A stretch of 64,000 nucleotides of DNA from Mytilus trossulus. Taxonomy: Eukaryota. Below, one piece after another: positions 14,312 to 28,242 of the stretch. Each line of letters opens with the position of its first letter. The stretch's first letter is position 1. The stretch covers positions 26,412,001 through 26,476,000 of the forward strand of contig NC_086384.1 of the NCBI RefSeq assembly GCF_036588685.1, given 5' to 3'. Under the pieces are notes generated by a model. It saw only the letters and a program-made list of their open reading frames with translations. It made no database searches and was not told where the DNA came from. The position numbers and the translations under genes were made by a program.

Positions 14312-17300
14312 TTAATTTTCCATTAATTCTTGGAACAGTTTATATGATTTCTGTTGTAGAGATAGAATGTCTTTGTTATTATAATATAGTTCATCCTCAT
14401 CATCACTGATGCTATCATCCTCATCCTCCAACTTTTCTGCCTCAAGATATACATTTTGTACCAAATTATAATCATTGTCAGTTTCAATTTCTTCATCCTC
14501 ATTGACCTCCATCTCCACTTCAGCAGAAGTTGCAACATCAATGAGGATGTCATCTGTACAACTCTGAAAGATATAAAAATAATTTCTAGTATTAAATGAA
14601 AAGTTAAACAAGGACAGTCTATATGGGATACTTCACATGGTTTAGTTTAAAGTTTATGATGGAAAAATGTGTGACAATAAAAAAAGCATGATGAGAGGAC
14701 ACAAAGGTCGACCCAACAGCCTATTAACCCACAACTGTCAAGGACTTGTTTTTACAAAATTTTAACTTTAATAGAAGGCTATGGCCATAGATACCTTTTT
14801 CAGGTTGTCTTTATAGAAGGGTCGTCTTGATCTTACACCCTCAGTACTCCAGAGGTGAATGGCTTTTGTTGGGTCAAAGGCATCAACATTTTCTGTTTCC
14901 AAAGAAACAAGCATCAAGTCAGACAGGTTGTTGGCGCTAAGCCTTGACCGCCAATCATTCTTGATCATCTTCATGCTGTTTAAAATAAACAAGTATTTCT
15001 TGAATTAATCAATATGTTCAACTCAAGAAGACAGTAACATTTATACTTCGACACCACAGCCTATAATAATTTTTCCATGCTAACTTTAAATCATTATCTT
15101 GAAAAAAACATACACCAGTTGTTGAGTTCCATGTGGAGTCAAAGTTAAAATTTGCATTGGTTTTACATCACAACTTTAAACTAAATGTGAATCATGAATG
15201 CTTATTTTTTAGACTTGTAGTTATCTTTTAATGATAGATATTATTATTGTTGCTGACACATATCAATTTTTATTGTTACCTTGAAAAGCCACGTTCAGCA
15301 TCTACTGAACATGATGGCAGCGTCAGGAGGTAGTTCACCATAGTGAACAAATTGGGATATTTTGTCATGTATGCATCTGCTGCTGCTTCCCATGTATACA
15401 TCTGCAGTGACTTTTTGCTTAAACATATAAAAAATAATGTATGATTAATTCATTGCAAAATTGGTGTCTATATGGTGTAGTGTAACCATACAAAATCATG
15501 AAAAGAAGTTACTGTCCAATTAGAAAAGTACATTAAAATACATAGATTCTGAATGATTATTTTTATAACAAATTTTGAATTATAATTACCTGGAATACAG
15601 TTCACATTTAAATCTTGTCCACTCTGATTCAATTGAGTCAGCATCAACTGTGTCGTCAAACCCTGGGCTGCACACATCCACTAGCTCACTAATAAGTGTA
15701 TCCCCAAACTCTGGGAAGAAATAGATATAAAAGTCAAGTTTTTATTTGAAAACAAATTTATAATTATTTTGGGGTTAGAGTATAGAGGTAATTTGAACTT
15801 GAGAAAGTGCTTCAACAGACAAAATAATTTTCTTAGTACTGTAAGACAACCACAGATGCTGGAAATCAACCATTCTACCATGAATTCATAATGATCAGTT
15901 CCAATAAATAAACCAAATAGTGCATCTATACTAAAACATCCCCTTAAAAAAAAGGCAAACAAAATATGATTATTCAGAATTCATTGTATTTCAACATTTG
16001 AAATAAGCAATTGATGATATTCTTCAAAAGACAAATCAAAATATCTTTAATGGGTGCCCTTAAATACCTGTGTCTTCATCAAGACTGGATGGCCACTTAT
16101 TAAATGAAAGAACTGTACAACCCTTGAATAAATGCAAATCTCCTTCAAAGCGAGTAGAAATGGCTTGAATTAGTCTACTGAGGAATAAGTTTCTTGAAGT
16201 TTCCAGGATTTTTTCATCACCATTAGTAGAAGCTTTCAAATACTTTCTTACATTTGGTCCATCACTAAATAAAAAGAAGCATTCAAAGCATTTTGGATTA
16301 GCCCCATCACCAGTTAATGAATCAGAAACAAGATGGAATCACTATGCATACATTCATTTTTGAAAAGTTTATATTAAAACCAAAAGACTGGTAGATTCTT
16401 GTTTCTAAAACATTGTAAGAATGAAAGCAAAGTTAAAAATATAATGTTTTCTATTGCAAATGATGACTTTTTGTTTTTGTTTATTTTCCTTCACGAAAAA
16501 TGATGGAAAAATGAATGGATTATAATATTGATGGCCATCATCAACACAATAACCCATTAGTTTATCATACAATGTACATGTACAAAAAATCACCATTATG
16601 TTGATTATATTGATGGTCATGCAGCTATATGTTGATTATATTGTTAAATGGTCATGCAGCTATATGTTGATTATATTGTTAAATGGTCATGCAGCTATAT
16701 GTTGATTATATTGTTAAATGGTCATGCAGCTATATGTTGATTATATTGTTAAATGGTCATGCAGCTATATGTTGATTATATTGTTATATATTATATGTGC
16801 ATAATGCATGTATAGAACCTACAGAATTATTTGTTAATATAGTGTTAACTACAATTTTTTACTATAGGACGTGAAAGCATATTTAATGAACTCATTGTGT
16901 TTCCATATTAGCTACCTTTTCATATACTTGTTCAGTATGGTTTTGCACGACTCTAATTCATTATAAACATCACCCACAGTGCTGTTTTTACTTTGGACTG
17001 TCCTAGAAACAGTACTCAAAGTTTTAATGACGTCTAGCATGAAATGCAACCAGAAGGAAACATTCTTATCTTTCAAAGCTTTTAAAAAGTTCCGTGCCTT
17101 TGCACTGGAATCTTTCCTGGATTCACCTGGTACTTGCATCTACAAAAGAAAGCTTTCAGTTTTAAAAGTTTTGTGTTAAGTGCAAAATTTACTACTCAAA
17201 CACTGCTAATTATCTGCATTTTAATATATAGTTAATAATTAACATGTTCACATCAGTTTATTTGAATAACAAAATTAGACTTGGTCCAGCTTTAATATGC

Positions 17301-19678
17301 ATATATATTATATGTAACTTAATATGAAACCTATATTGCCAATAATTATATTATTTCATACAACATTTTTACAATTAACAACAAACCTGTTCAAGATGTT
17401 GAGTAATGGCTTCTTTCCCTTGTAGTATTGTGGTCAAAGCTCTCTCATGGTGAGGCACCCAGCGTGTCCCACCGACTCTGGTTGGTGTTAACATCTTCTG
17501 ATCTAAGCTTTTGAAGCTAGCCTGCAAGTTAGATCTGTTCAGTGGACTGTATCTAAAAAATCAGACATTTATACTTCAACGTGTGATAACTTTTAATTTC
17601 ATTATAAAGTGCTATGCAAAATTTGTTTTAAGTATGAAGAAAAGGGGATTAACAAATTACAGAATAGAGCTTGTAAGAAAACATTCATGTAACAAGGACA
17701 CACATGAACAACATTTGTGCATTAAATGCAAATAAATAAATAAATGAATTTGTCCTTAATAAAACCAAGTTTATGCTAAAAGTCATAGAATTTTTGACGT
17801 TTTGAATTTTAACACACATACTAAAAACTAATACACGGAAATTGTAAAAAGAAATTTAATTCATACTTGTAAAACAGATAGATGTTCAGCATCAGCGCAT
17901 CACATCGCTGCCAGATTTTCACCATCTTGATTGCATCTTTGTATGCCAATTCAATCCTATAAAAAACATATGGACACATGATAGACATGAACAGCTGCAC
18001 ATGAAAGACTCCTATTGATTAATACATGATTGATTGATGTAATGAATGATCAGATGAAATATTGGTTGGACAGGAAAACTAGATAAAATATGTACATGTA
18101 CTTAACAAGACATTATGTTGTACTGTTATACCAATGTCCCAGGTTAGGGGAGGGTTTTGATCCCACTAACATGTTTAACCCTGCCACATTATTTATGTAT
18201 GTGCCTGTCCCAAGTCAGGAGCCTGTAATTCAGTGGTTGTTGTTTGTTTATGTGTTACATATTTGCTTTTCGTTCATTTTTTTTACATAAATAAGGCCGA
18301 TACATTGTAGCTTTCCTGTTTACATTGTTTTACATTGTCTTATAGCTGACTTTGCGGTATATGGTTGCTCATTGTTGAAGGCCATACAGTGACCTATAGT
18401 TGTTAATGTTTTGTCATTTTGGTCTTTTGTGGATAGTCTCATTGGCAATCATACCATATCTTCTTTTTTATATAGTCAAGTGTGCATAGACTAGTGTACG
18501 TACCTGTGTGCTGAACAATGAATTGCATGAACTGGTTTGCTGGTCATGTCACTTATTCTCTTTACCACTCCACTAGACTTTCCTAACATCACTGATGCTC
18601 CGTCAGTGCCCATAGCAATAAGCTTGTCTTTCCATGATTGCTGGAATCTCTCTGTTAACAAAGTACTAATGGCAATACTTATGTTATTACCATCAGCTTT
18701 GGCAACATTCTTCACACCAATAAAAAGAGTTGACACCTATTAACAGAAAAATATTTATTATATTTTATTGTTATAAATTTTAAAGGACCTCGGCTCCATA
18801 ATTTTTATGTTAACATGGTTAATATATAGTCATATTTTTTTTCAAAACATTTAAATATGATCAACTGTCAAGACGAAGTCCTCTTAAAATGTTATTGTCA
18901 TGCGTACCTTTTGACTTTTAATAGCAGGATTTCATCATATTATTGAAAGTATTGTAATCAGAAATAAAGGTCATATAAAAATAAAACTTCAAAAATTATG
19001 ATATCTTACCCTACATTTTACGGAACAGCGCACATAAATTATCTCCGCTTCCTTGGATGAGACGTCTGTGGACCCATCAGAAATCACAGAGATAAAACTA
19101 CTGTTTTTTATGATGTCATCCTGTTCATTCTGTCTTGCTGAAGAAATGGCATGAATAAACATTTGGCAGGATTTGTCTGTCATGTATGTGTCGCCAATGT
19201 CCAGGTCCTTGGCCTTGTCCAATGCACAGAGGCTAATATAGTCTGTGTAGGGACGATTGTTTTTACCAATATAATGTGCATTACGAAAGAGCAATGTCAA
19301 TTTGTTGAATGCAGCCTTCTTCATCATCAATAGTGTTTTCTCAGCTGTTGATTCTGATGGAGGTATTGATGTGGCCATTTGTTTTTTTACATTTTTCATA
19401 TGCGTTTCTGAGCTTCCATGCTTTCTAACAGCTTCAATTCTGTAGTTTGATGACCCCTCTACCCACTGCCCCTCTTTTTCATACTTTTTACAGGTCTTAC
19501 ATGTCATGCCTTCATCACCAGAATTTTGAAGCCAGGTGAAATCTTTTTCCCAGTCGACACAATAACTCCTTTTTCTTTTACTTTTTTCATAATTTTTCTG
19601 TGAGTCTTTCTTTTCCTCTGATGTTTTGGTTCTTTTAAGGGGAGGTTGGGTCCCGAAATAGGAATCTAATGTTGACAT
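14312..19678 (-). CDS. hAT transposase (ZNF862-like: N-terminal zinc finger, DDE core, dimerisation domain, acidic tail), 10 exons, about 756 aa
   Basis: Exons 19678-19010, 18736-18504, 17956-17867, 17552-17387, 17139-16916, 16264-16068, 15710-15590, 15417-15280, 14975-14795, 14563-14312, all GT-AG with compatible phases. Motifs CKTC...H, SDGSTD, TDGASVM, HCSAHR, TRW, LPSCSVDAERGFS, K..WRSRL. Confidence 0.9.
16597..16785. repeat. 35-bp minisatellite (about 5 copies) in a transposase intron
   Basis: Unit GCAGCTATATGTTGATTATATTGTTAAATGGTCAT at 16621, 16656, 16691, 16726 and 16761 (partial). Confidence 0.95.
18120..18472 (+). repeat. Abundant interspersed repeat of about 300-350 bp; other copies at about 7500-7780, 9650-9850, 29488-29743(-), 41425-41660(-), 51100-51265 and 62440-62711(-)
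   Basis: Recurring blocks GAGCCTGTAATTCAGTGGTTG, TTGTTGAAGGCC, GTCTCATTGGCAATCATACC. Confidence 0.85.
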
Positions 19679-20240
19679 TTCTTTTATTCAATGTCGATCT
19701 TACGCGATTTTGACTTTGTCGATACCCGGTTTTAAAAAGCGCTTGAAAGATCGTGATGTGCGGTTCATTCCGTTCATTCGCCACTTTACGCAAACGTCCC
19801 TCATGATTCAACATAAGGTAAAAGTCCGAAGAGTTCCGCCCGATTTGCGTCATTCGGCCTAATAACCTGGGGCGAGATAATGGGTCGTTCTTAAGGCTAG
19901 CTGTCGAGTCACATATATGATTATAAGTGTAAACATCCTGTCAATCGTGAAGTAAAATAAATTTATTAATTGAAAGCGTGACATGAATGCTTTAATCTTA
20001 TTTTAGCATTGAAATAACCAGATCATACACAAAATTCAGGGTGTCCACAGGACTACTGATTTACAATTTTTGGGTAGTCCGCCTTGTTTTTAGGGAGGCA
20101 CCGGACTACCGGACTACCGTTAGTGTCGAACCCTGATAGGTATCAGAAATTATTCTGAAAATTTTGAATTTATTTAACACATAATACATGTAAGTGAACA
20201 AAATGTATATAAAAAGATGGGTTTTTGTTTCAGTTTCACA

Positions 20241-23200
20241 ATGGCAGATGCTGATGTAGATGATGATTTCACCACAGGTGATGCCGGGTCTTCTGAAACA
20301 TACCCACAACAGTGTTCTGCTCTAAGGAAAAATGGACATGTTTGTATTAAAAACCGTCCATGCAAAATTGTGGAAATGTCAACTTCCAAGACAGGAAAAC
20401 ACGGTCATGCTAAGGTACATATCTCACATGCACACATATATATAATTTTAAATATTGGCTGATGTATTTACATTTATCATGTTTACATAAATGACTTCAT
20501 AAGACATTCTGTTATACTTATCTTTTACTTTGCCATCATTTTATAAACTGCTTCAGGACACTTAAATTTTACAGTTGTACATATGCATGTATTTTTTCAA
20601 ACGCATATTAACAATTGAATTGTAAAGTCTACCTACTTACCAGTTATAGTGAGATCTTGATGGTAATAGACAAACAATGACATTTTTTCAGAGAAAATGA
20701 TAGTAATGTGTTAAATTGTTTTCAGGTTCATATGGTTGGAATAGATATTTTCACTGGTAAAAAATATGAAGATATATGTCCATCTACACACAACATGAAT
20801 GTTCCTAATGTTATCAGAAAAGATTTTACGGTAATGTATTTCTAAACGATAGTTGCCACTTCAAATTTTTAGAATGCAGACTGTTTCAATCTAGCTTAGA
20901 AGTCATATCTATATATATGCCTCAATTTAAACAAAATTTGATATTTTAAGTCAGTTGTGGCTAAAACTATTAAATGCAAGTATACTTACTGGTGAATTCG
21001 GTACATTTTGATAATAATGGGGGTAGAGTTGTCTCCCATGGTCCTGATAGTTTGAACTTTAAAAGTAAAGAAAATCTTATGGGTAGCATTTAAAAATTAA
21101 TGTATATAACATATTTTGATTAGGCCTTATTTGCCATATCTGTGCATAGACATTAGGAATCCTTACTCTATTATTGAATTGTACATTTGTATCTTACAGA
21201 CAGAGTAAGTCGTACCACTTCTGTGGATTCATTATTATATATATATAGTTCAAAATCAGATATCATTGAAAATACAGTAAGTTAGTAAGCAATTTCCTCA
21301 CTTGAATAATTTGTAGCAAAAACCCAAAAAATAAATGAATCCTAATTATCTGCCATTGATGTTGAAAATTTAATTCCATATGACTTGGTTTGTATACGTA
21401 GTGCACATTATTATTTTAAATTATCTGAAGTAATTGAATTTTATTTTATTTTAGCTACTTGACATTAACGATGGTTTTCTATCTCTCATGGATGACAATG
21501 GTGAAACCCGTGAGGATGTAAAAGTACCAGACAATGATTTAGGAAAAGAAATTAAAGATAGATTTGAAAAGGATGAGCAACTTCTAGTAAGTGAAAATAT
21601 TGTGAATTTAAAATATAAAGTGTATAAACATATGTCTTTTTATTGACAATGTATATTGATCAATCAAATGGTCTTACCACATACATGACATAGGTGATTA
21701 TCAAGGAGTCATTTCTCAATAGCAAACCCCATTGGCATGTGAAGATTCATGTCTAAATGATTGGATGTATGCAATATCTAATAAGGTCATTATACAGCTA
21801 TCTACATTGAGAAAACCATATTGCTGTCAACCATAGATAGTGTTTTATTTAGACCTAAATATGGGCATCATATTTTTTTAACAAAAGGTCACTTTGTGCA
21901 TTGCCAATATCAAATAGGGCTCATGAATTAATAAGTTACACATATTAAGTTTTACTTATTGAAAAAGATAATGATAACATAAATTTAACAAAGTTAAGCT
22001 GGTACATAATATAATGATATATGTATGAGAGTCCCAGAGTTGAGCAACTTAAAAAAATATATTAAAACAATGCATCTACATTAACATATATACATTAATC
22101 ATGTTTTTACTTCATTTGAAAATTGTTGCTTATTTTTATTGCATCCTATGTATGCGAGATTTCAACTTTGTATTACAGGTTGTTTTATATGTCAAAATGC
22201 ACTGTTTTTATGTTATTTGTTTTTATATTCGGTCAAAAGCTTCTTAGAGCTTTAGTGTTTCCTGCAGCTTTTAAAAAGGGCAGGGTAATTGTTAGCTCAG
22301 AGGGCACATTAAGCGCGATGGACAACAATTTTAGGGCACTTACTTAACATAAACAGGCAATTTCTATAAAATGGATTCATTTAAAACATACTAGTTTAAT
22401 ACTATAAAAAGGACATATATACATCTGTAATCAATCATTAAATCAAATTGTTAAACAAGAAAAAGTGTTTAAAACATACATATATGAAATATTTAAAACA
22501 ATAAACACAATTAAAAACAAAATCAGTTCTTCAAAACTGTTTAAAAACTATGTCATATATATAAAAATATTGCTTTGGTCATATCAATTGTCATTGACAA
22601 ATCCTCCTTCCCCCCCCTAAAAACAGGTTGACACATGCATGATATCCAGGGTCATTTTTAGTAACCAAAATTTATTAAATTACAAAAAAAAATAACTTTA
22701 CAAATTAACCCCTTCCCCTCTACACCCTTTTCCAAATTAAATTAATATAGATACACCAAGTTTTACTACTTTCATGGCACTACCATATCAGCTGTTTATT
22801 TTAAATGTCTATAAATAGCCAGACATAGTTGTCTGTTACTTAGGTGTTTTCCCCAAGTATTTTTCCCGCTTAAAATGATCATGTGACATGTTTGTAAACA
22901 AAAGAAAACATTTGATCAAGGAATTCATTTATTTTCTGGATTATTCTGCTTTTAATAATTTAGTTTGGATTTTTATTCATTTCATTTAAGGTACAGTCAA
23001 GCATTTGTATTTAAAAAATAGTTTGCAAAGAATTTTTACTTTTCAATTTGACAAATGTCTCATGATCGCCGTTCATTGGCTTGTTTAACCATGCAAACAA
23101 TGTAAATTATGTAAATTAGAAATATATCAGATGTCAAAAGAATTGATCTAAGCATCACATCAATTTTATCATTAATCTTCTGGGCAAAACGATGTTTCTG

Positions 23201-25775
23201 GGACTTGGGGGATACAATCAGGACGCGTGATTAGTATCTGTATTCACTTTTGGCGTCCTAGTGAACTTTTGTTTTGAAGGGAAATAACTCGAGCGGTATT
23301 CATAAAATATGTCTTTCAGTACCGGTTGTTAATTACGACGATAAAGGCATGGCGTCAGGAATTTCGACAAAATAAGGGCAGGGCGCCAATTTTTTTTCCC
23401 AAAAAGGGCAGGGCGTCGAGAAATCGCGGCAGGGCGCCATTACACGCCAAAACCACCTGTAGGAAACACTAAGCTTGTGTTGCTTATTTGTACTTGTGCC
23501 AAATCAAAATAAAGTTTTCTTATCTTATCTTAATCAAGTTGATCTAACCAAAATTATGTTAATTCGTGTCAAATGCAAACTTTTTCAATATTCTTCCGTC
23601 AGCTGTGTCATTCGTGCATCCGTAGGCATTATCATAAGAACTGAGAATTAGAAATTTCTTCACTCCATGCTAATTTTCTTTAGATAAAAACACTTATAAA
23701 AGGCATGGTTTGACAAAAGTGTGAAACAATTCAAACACGAATACCAAAGACCTTATCTATGCTCAAAACAAAAATAATAGAAAGCAACCAATATGAATGG
23801 CTGTATTTCTGACTTGAAACAGGCTCACAATGAAGCTGTGGGATTAAAAATAGTTGTGAGAGCTTGACCCTTTAATGGGTTTAACTGTTAGTGTTTGTAA
23901 GAGCTTGACTCTTTAGTGGGTTTAACTGTTACAGTGTGTAAGTACAATCTAAGGCCAACCTTAAAAATATGTTTGTTTGCAGTTTTCCGACTGTACCTTC
24001 AGACTAGAGGGTCGGTAGGTAGGAAAAATATTTTATTTTATCAGCCAAAAAGTTTAAACAAGCAGTTACACAAACCAAGTTTCTTAAGAAAAAAAACAAC
24101 AAAGAAACACTGAAAACCAACATGAAATGAATAGGCATTGTCAGATAAAAAAAACTTTTTAACCAAAACTGAAATTTTAACATAGTGTGATTATCCAATT
24201 TATGACATAAAATATGTTCTTATTATATACTGAAACACTTATAAACAAGGAATGACTAGAACTGTTTTAAAGAAATATATTCACTGACATATATGCTTCT
24301 TGACTAGAATGTTTTCATAAGTAGAGTATTTTCATCAGAAAAAATGTAGATATTAAATATTAAGTAAACAAAGTATTTTAAAGAGTGTATTTTTAATAAA
24401 AAAAAAAATCAGCCATTGAATCTTCCTCAATTGAAAAGAAGGCAACTCAAAAAAGACTGTTTTCATATTTCTAACAATATTTAATTATATGTAATAAGGT
24501 TATATTTTGAAAGATATGTTGATGCCAGGCTTAAATGAAAACCAAAGAAAACTTGCTAGTTTGGGGTGAAATCCATAGCACCCCATTAAAGTAAACGGTC
24601 TGTACTGAAATGTTTTGACTGCATAAAAAAAATTGGCAGCATAGCTCCTAGGAACCTGTTTTAATTCAATTCACACAGGCCACAAAGTTTGGATTTATTT
24701 AATATTGTATAAAGAAAGAAAATAATTGCAATGAGTGGGGCAACTCCCCTTATCCTAAAGGAGCATACTCATTGCAATTCAAGATAGATTCAATATATAA
24801 TAGTATATTTATTTTTCAAGCTAATCATTTATTTTGTCTACATCTTTGTGAAGTTTGGGTTGATTTGGCATGGTCTCTATCCATTTACATTTCAAATGAG
24901 CTCTTTCTCCCTTTCTCCGTAAAGGCATGATAACATGTATCCATAAATTCATGGAGGAATGGTTTCATCTTTGTCTTCTTCACAACGATTTATAGAAAAT
25001 AAGACATACTTCAAGCTGCTGTCGAATTGTTTAACCACTGAAATTGGTTTATAAAGTCAGACTCCAAAGATTCTGTTCCCGATTTGTTTGAGACAGAAAG
25101 TTGTTGAGAAAGATGAGTTATCATGTCAGTTCTTCGTCTTCTTCAACATGTTCAATGATATCATCAAAGACATCATTTTATGTGCCTGAATCAGTTTACT
25201 ATTCAACTTGTTTGTTTGTTATTAGTCTTAGAATTGACAGAAGTCGACAGCGTAAAGTACTCCTCCATTTCTTCATGGATACCTGTAAACAATTTCCATG
25301 TGCTTTATCATTAAACGGTCACATGAACGCTTGACGGGAAGGCAAGAAAAACTGAACTTAAAACGTGTAATACACCTAGACTTAAACAACCAATTCCGGA
25401 AAGGACCCAAATTTCCGGATCTCGTCTATAGAAGTATTAAAAATAATTTCTTCAAATTTAAAGCAATAAAATTTTCACAGTCGGGAGGATTTTCAAGGGT
25501 CCGTCGGTAAACTGCAAACAAACAATATTTTAATTTAAGCCTAAACACTATTTGTAGATAACTGCCATATGATAACCCTGCATACAATCTGGTATTCATT
25601 TAAGGGAAACGCTACCAACACAAAACATAGGTGTTGTTTCAGCAGTTCTTTATTTGTAGAATAGAACACAATTTTAACAAACATTTTCATTATGTTATTC
25701 TTTATTTTTCAGATTACAGTTATTAAAGCTATGGGAGAAGAACTAGCTATTGCTATTAAAACTCAAACAAAGTAG
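20241..25775 (+). CDS. EIF5A: Eukaryotic translation factor eIF5A, canonical copy; coding exons 20241-20414, 20726-20830, 21455-21586, 25713-25775 (157 aa)
   Basis: Spliced translation [10 protein letters not shown]...[10 protein letters not shown]...[19 protein letters not shown]|[24 protein letters not shown]...|[23 protein letters not shown]...|[20 protein letters not shown]. All introns GT-AG and phase 0. Invariant hypusine motif intact (K53). Confidence 0.96.
22253..23471. mobile_element. Non-autonomous TIR element with 5-bp TSD in the last eIF5A intron
   Basis: TIR TAGTGTTTCCT(G/A)CAG; TSD AGCTT. Confidence 0.8.
23953..25541. mobile_element. Non-autonomous Harbinger-like element in the last eIF5A intron
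   Basis: Imperfect TIR of about 40 bp, GGC...TGTTTGTTTGCAGTTT.CCGAC; TAA TSD. Confidence 0.72.
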
Positions 25776-26290
25776 TGCACGGATAACCTTAAGACATATA
25801 AAGGCTTGATATTTTGATGTGACAACAAACATTATTTAAACCTTATGACATATGTCCTGTTTTGTTACCCAGATTCCTGAAATATCAAGCCTTTAAAACA
25901 ATTATAGTGCTATTAAAAATGCAAAAAAGAACTTTCATTTGAATTCTACTGCTTCGCTCAAAAACAATGTACTTCTATTTCACATAATTTGCTGAAGAAC
26001 ATTTTCCTTCACTTTTTTGTACAAACACAAATTGGTAAAATTTCCAGGGGGAAATGAACTTGTGACCTTTTGACCTATATTTTATGAATATTATTTATCC
26101 ATATAGATAACTGTCAGAACAAATTGTGTGAAGTATTTGAAGAACTTGTTTAATATTGACAGTATGGGAAATTTGGTGCATGGATTGGATGGGTGGGTGC
26201 TGATATAAAAAAAGAAAAAAAGAAGAAAAACTACATTTAAAGAATTTGTTTAAAGAAATATTTAGATTGATTTATAGACCTAAATTTCCA

Positions 26291-28242
26291 TTTTTATACG
26301 ACCGCAAATTTTGAAAAAATTTTCGTCGTATATTGCTATCACGTTGGCGTCGTCGTCGTCGTCGTCGTCCGAATACTTTTAGTTTTCGCACTCTAACTTT
26401 AGTAAAAGTGAATAGAAATCTATGAAATTTTAACACAAGGTTTATGACCATAAAAGGAAGGCTGGTATTGATTTTGGGAGTTTTGGTCCCAACATTTAAG
26501 GAATTAGGGGCCAAAAAGGGCCCAATTAAGCATTTTTTTGGTTTTCGCACTATAACTTTAGTTTAAGTTTATAGAAATCTATGAAATTTTGACACAAGGT
26601 TTATGACCACAAAAGAAAGGTTGAGATTGATTTTGGGAGTTTTGGTTTCAACAGTTTAGGAATTAGGGGCCAATAAAGGGCCAAAATAAGCATTATTCTT
26701 GGTTTTCGCACAATAACTTTAGTTAAAGTAAAAAGAAATCAATGAAATTTAAACACAATGTTTATGACCACAAAAGAAAGGTTGGTATTGATTTTGGGAG
26801 TTTAGGTCCCAACAGTTTAGGTAAAAGGGGCCAAAAAGGGACCCAAATAAGCATTTTTCTTGGTTTTTGCACCATAACGTTAGTATAAATAAATAGAAAT
26901 CTATGAAATTTAAACACAAGGTTTATGACTATAAAAGGAAGGTTGGTATTGATTTTGGGAGTTTTGGTCCCAACAGTTAAGGAAAAAGGGGCCCAAAGGG
27001 TCCAAAATTAAACGTTGTTTGATTTCATCAAAATTGAATAATTGGGGTTCTTTAATATGCCGAATCTAACTGTGTATGTAGATTCTTAATTTTTGGTCCC
27101 GTTTTCAAATTGGTCTACATTAAGGTCCAAAGGGACCAAAATTAAACTTAGTTTGATTTTAACAAAAATTGAAACCTTGAGGTTCTTTGATATGCTGAAT
27201 CTAAAAATTTACTTAGATTTTTGATTATTGGCCCAGTTTTCAAGTTGGCCCAAATCAAGGTCCAAAATTAAACATTGTTTGATTTCATCAAAAATTGAAT
27301 AATTGGGGTTCTTTGATATGCCAAATCTAACTGTGTATGTAGATTCTTAATTTTTGGTCCAGTTTTAAAATTGGTCTAAATTAAAGTGCAAAGGGTCCAA
27401 AATTAAACTAAGTTTGATTTTAACAAAAATTAAATTCTTGGGCCTCTTTGATATGCTGAATCAAAACATGTACTTAGATTTTTGATTATGGGCCCAGTTT
27501 TCAAGTTGGTCCAAATCAGGATCTAAAATTATTATATTAAGTATTGTGCAATAGCAAGTCTTTTCAATTGCACAGTATTGTGCAATGGCAAGAAATATCT
27601 AATTTCACAATATTGTGAAATAGCCAATTTTTTTTTAATTAAGAGTTATCTTTCTTTGTCCAGTATAGTAAGCAAGAAATATCTGCAAGAATTTTTTTTC
27701 ATTGGAGTTATCTTTCTTTGTCCAGAATTAACTTAAATCTTTGTTATATACAATATACAATGTATATTCACTTTTTACTACCAACTGATAAATTTAAATA
27801 ATCTTTACCATTCAGTGATAACAAGCAGTTTTTTACATCTTAATATTTTATGATGTATTTAAATGAGTAGTAATTGTTGCAAACTCCATTAGAATATTTT
27901 AATTGAAATTAGTTTTGGAATAAGGGAAAGGGGGATGTGATTAAAAAATTGGGTTCAATTTTTCTCATTTGAAATTTCATAAATAAAAAGAAAATTTCTT
28001 CAAACATTTTTTTGAGAGGATTAATATTCAACAGCATAGTGAATTGCTCTAAGAGAAAACAAAAATTTTAAGTTCATTAGAACACATTCATTCTGTGTCA
28101 GAAACCTATGCTGTGTCAACTATTTAATCACAATCCAAATTTAGAGCGGAATCCAGCTTGAATATTGTGTCCATACTTGCCCCAACCGTTCAGGGTTCAA
28201 CCTCTGCGGTCGTATAAAGCTACGCCCTGCGGAGCATCTGGT
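26291..28242 (+). mobile_element. Helentron-derived (HINE-like) element with internal satellite
   Basis: Subterminal IR TTTATACGACCGCA / TGCGGTCGTATAAA, (CGT)n microsatellite, internal tandem repeats, 3' hairpin GCTACGCCCTGCGGAGC. Confidence 0.75.

Larger units (their letters stand above)
13879..20135 (-). mobile_element. Autonomous hAT DNA transposon, 5-bp TSD (hAT5-like)
   Basis: 17-bp TIRs CAGGGTTAGACACTAAC / CAGGGTTCGACACTAAC; ATAGG duplicated on both flanks; encloses a full transposase gene. Confidence 0.92.

Noticed and set aside
16597-16785. 35-bp repeats as a CRISPR array
   Set aside because: Head-to-tail units with no unique spacers, eukaryotic intron context and no cas genes.
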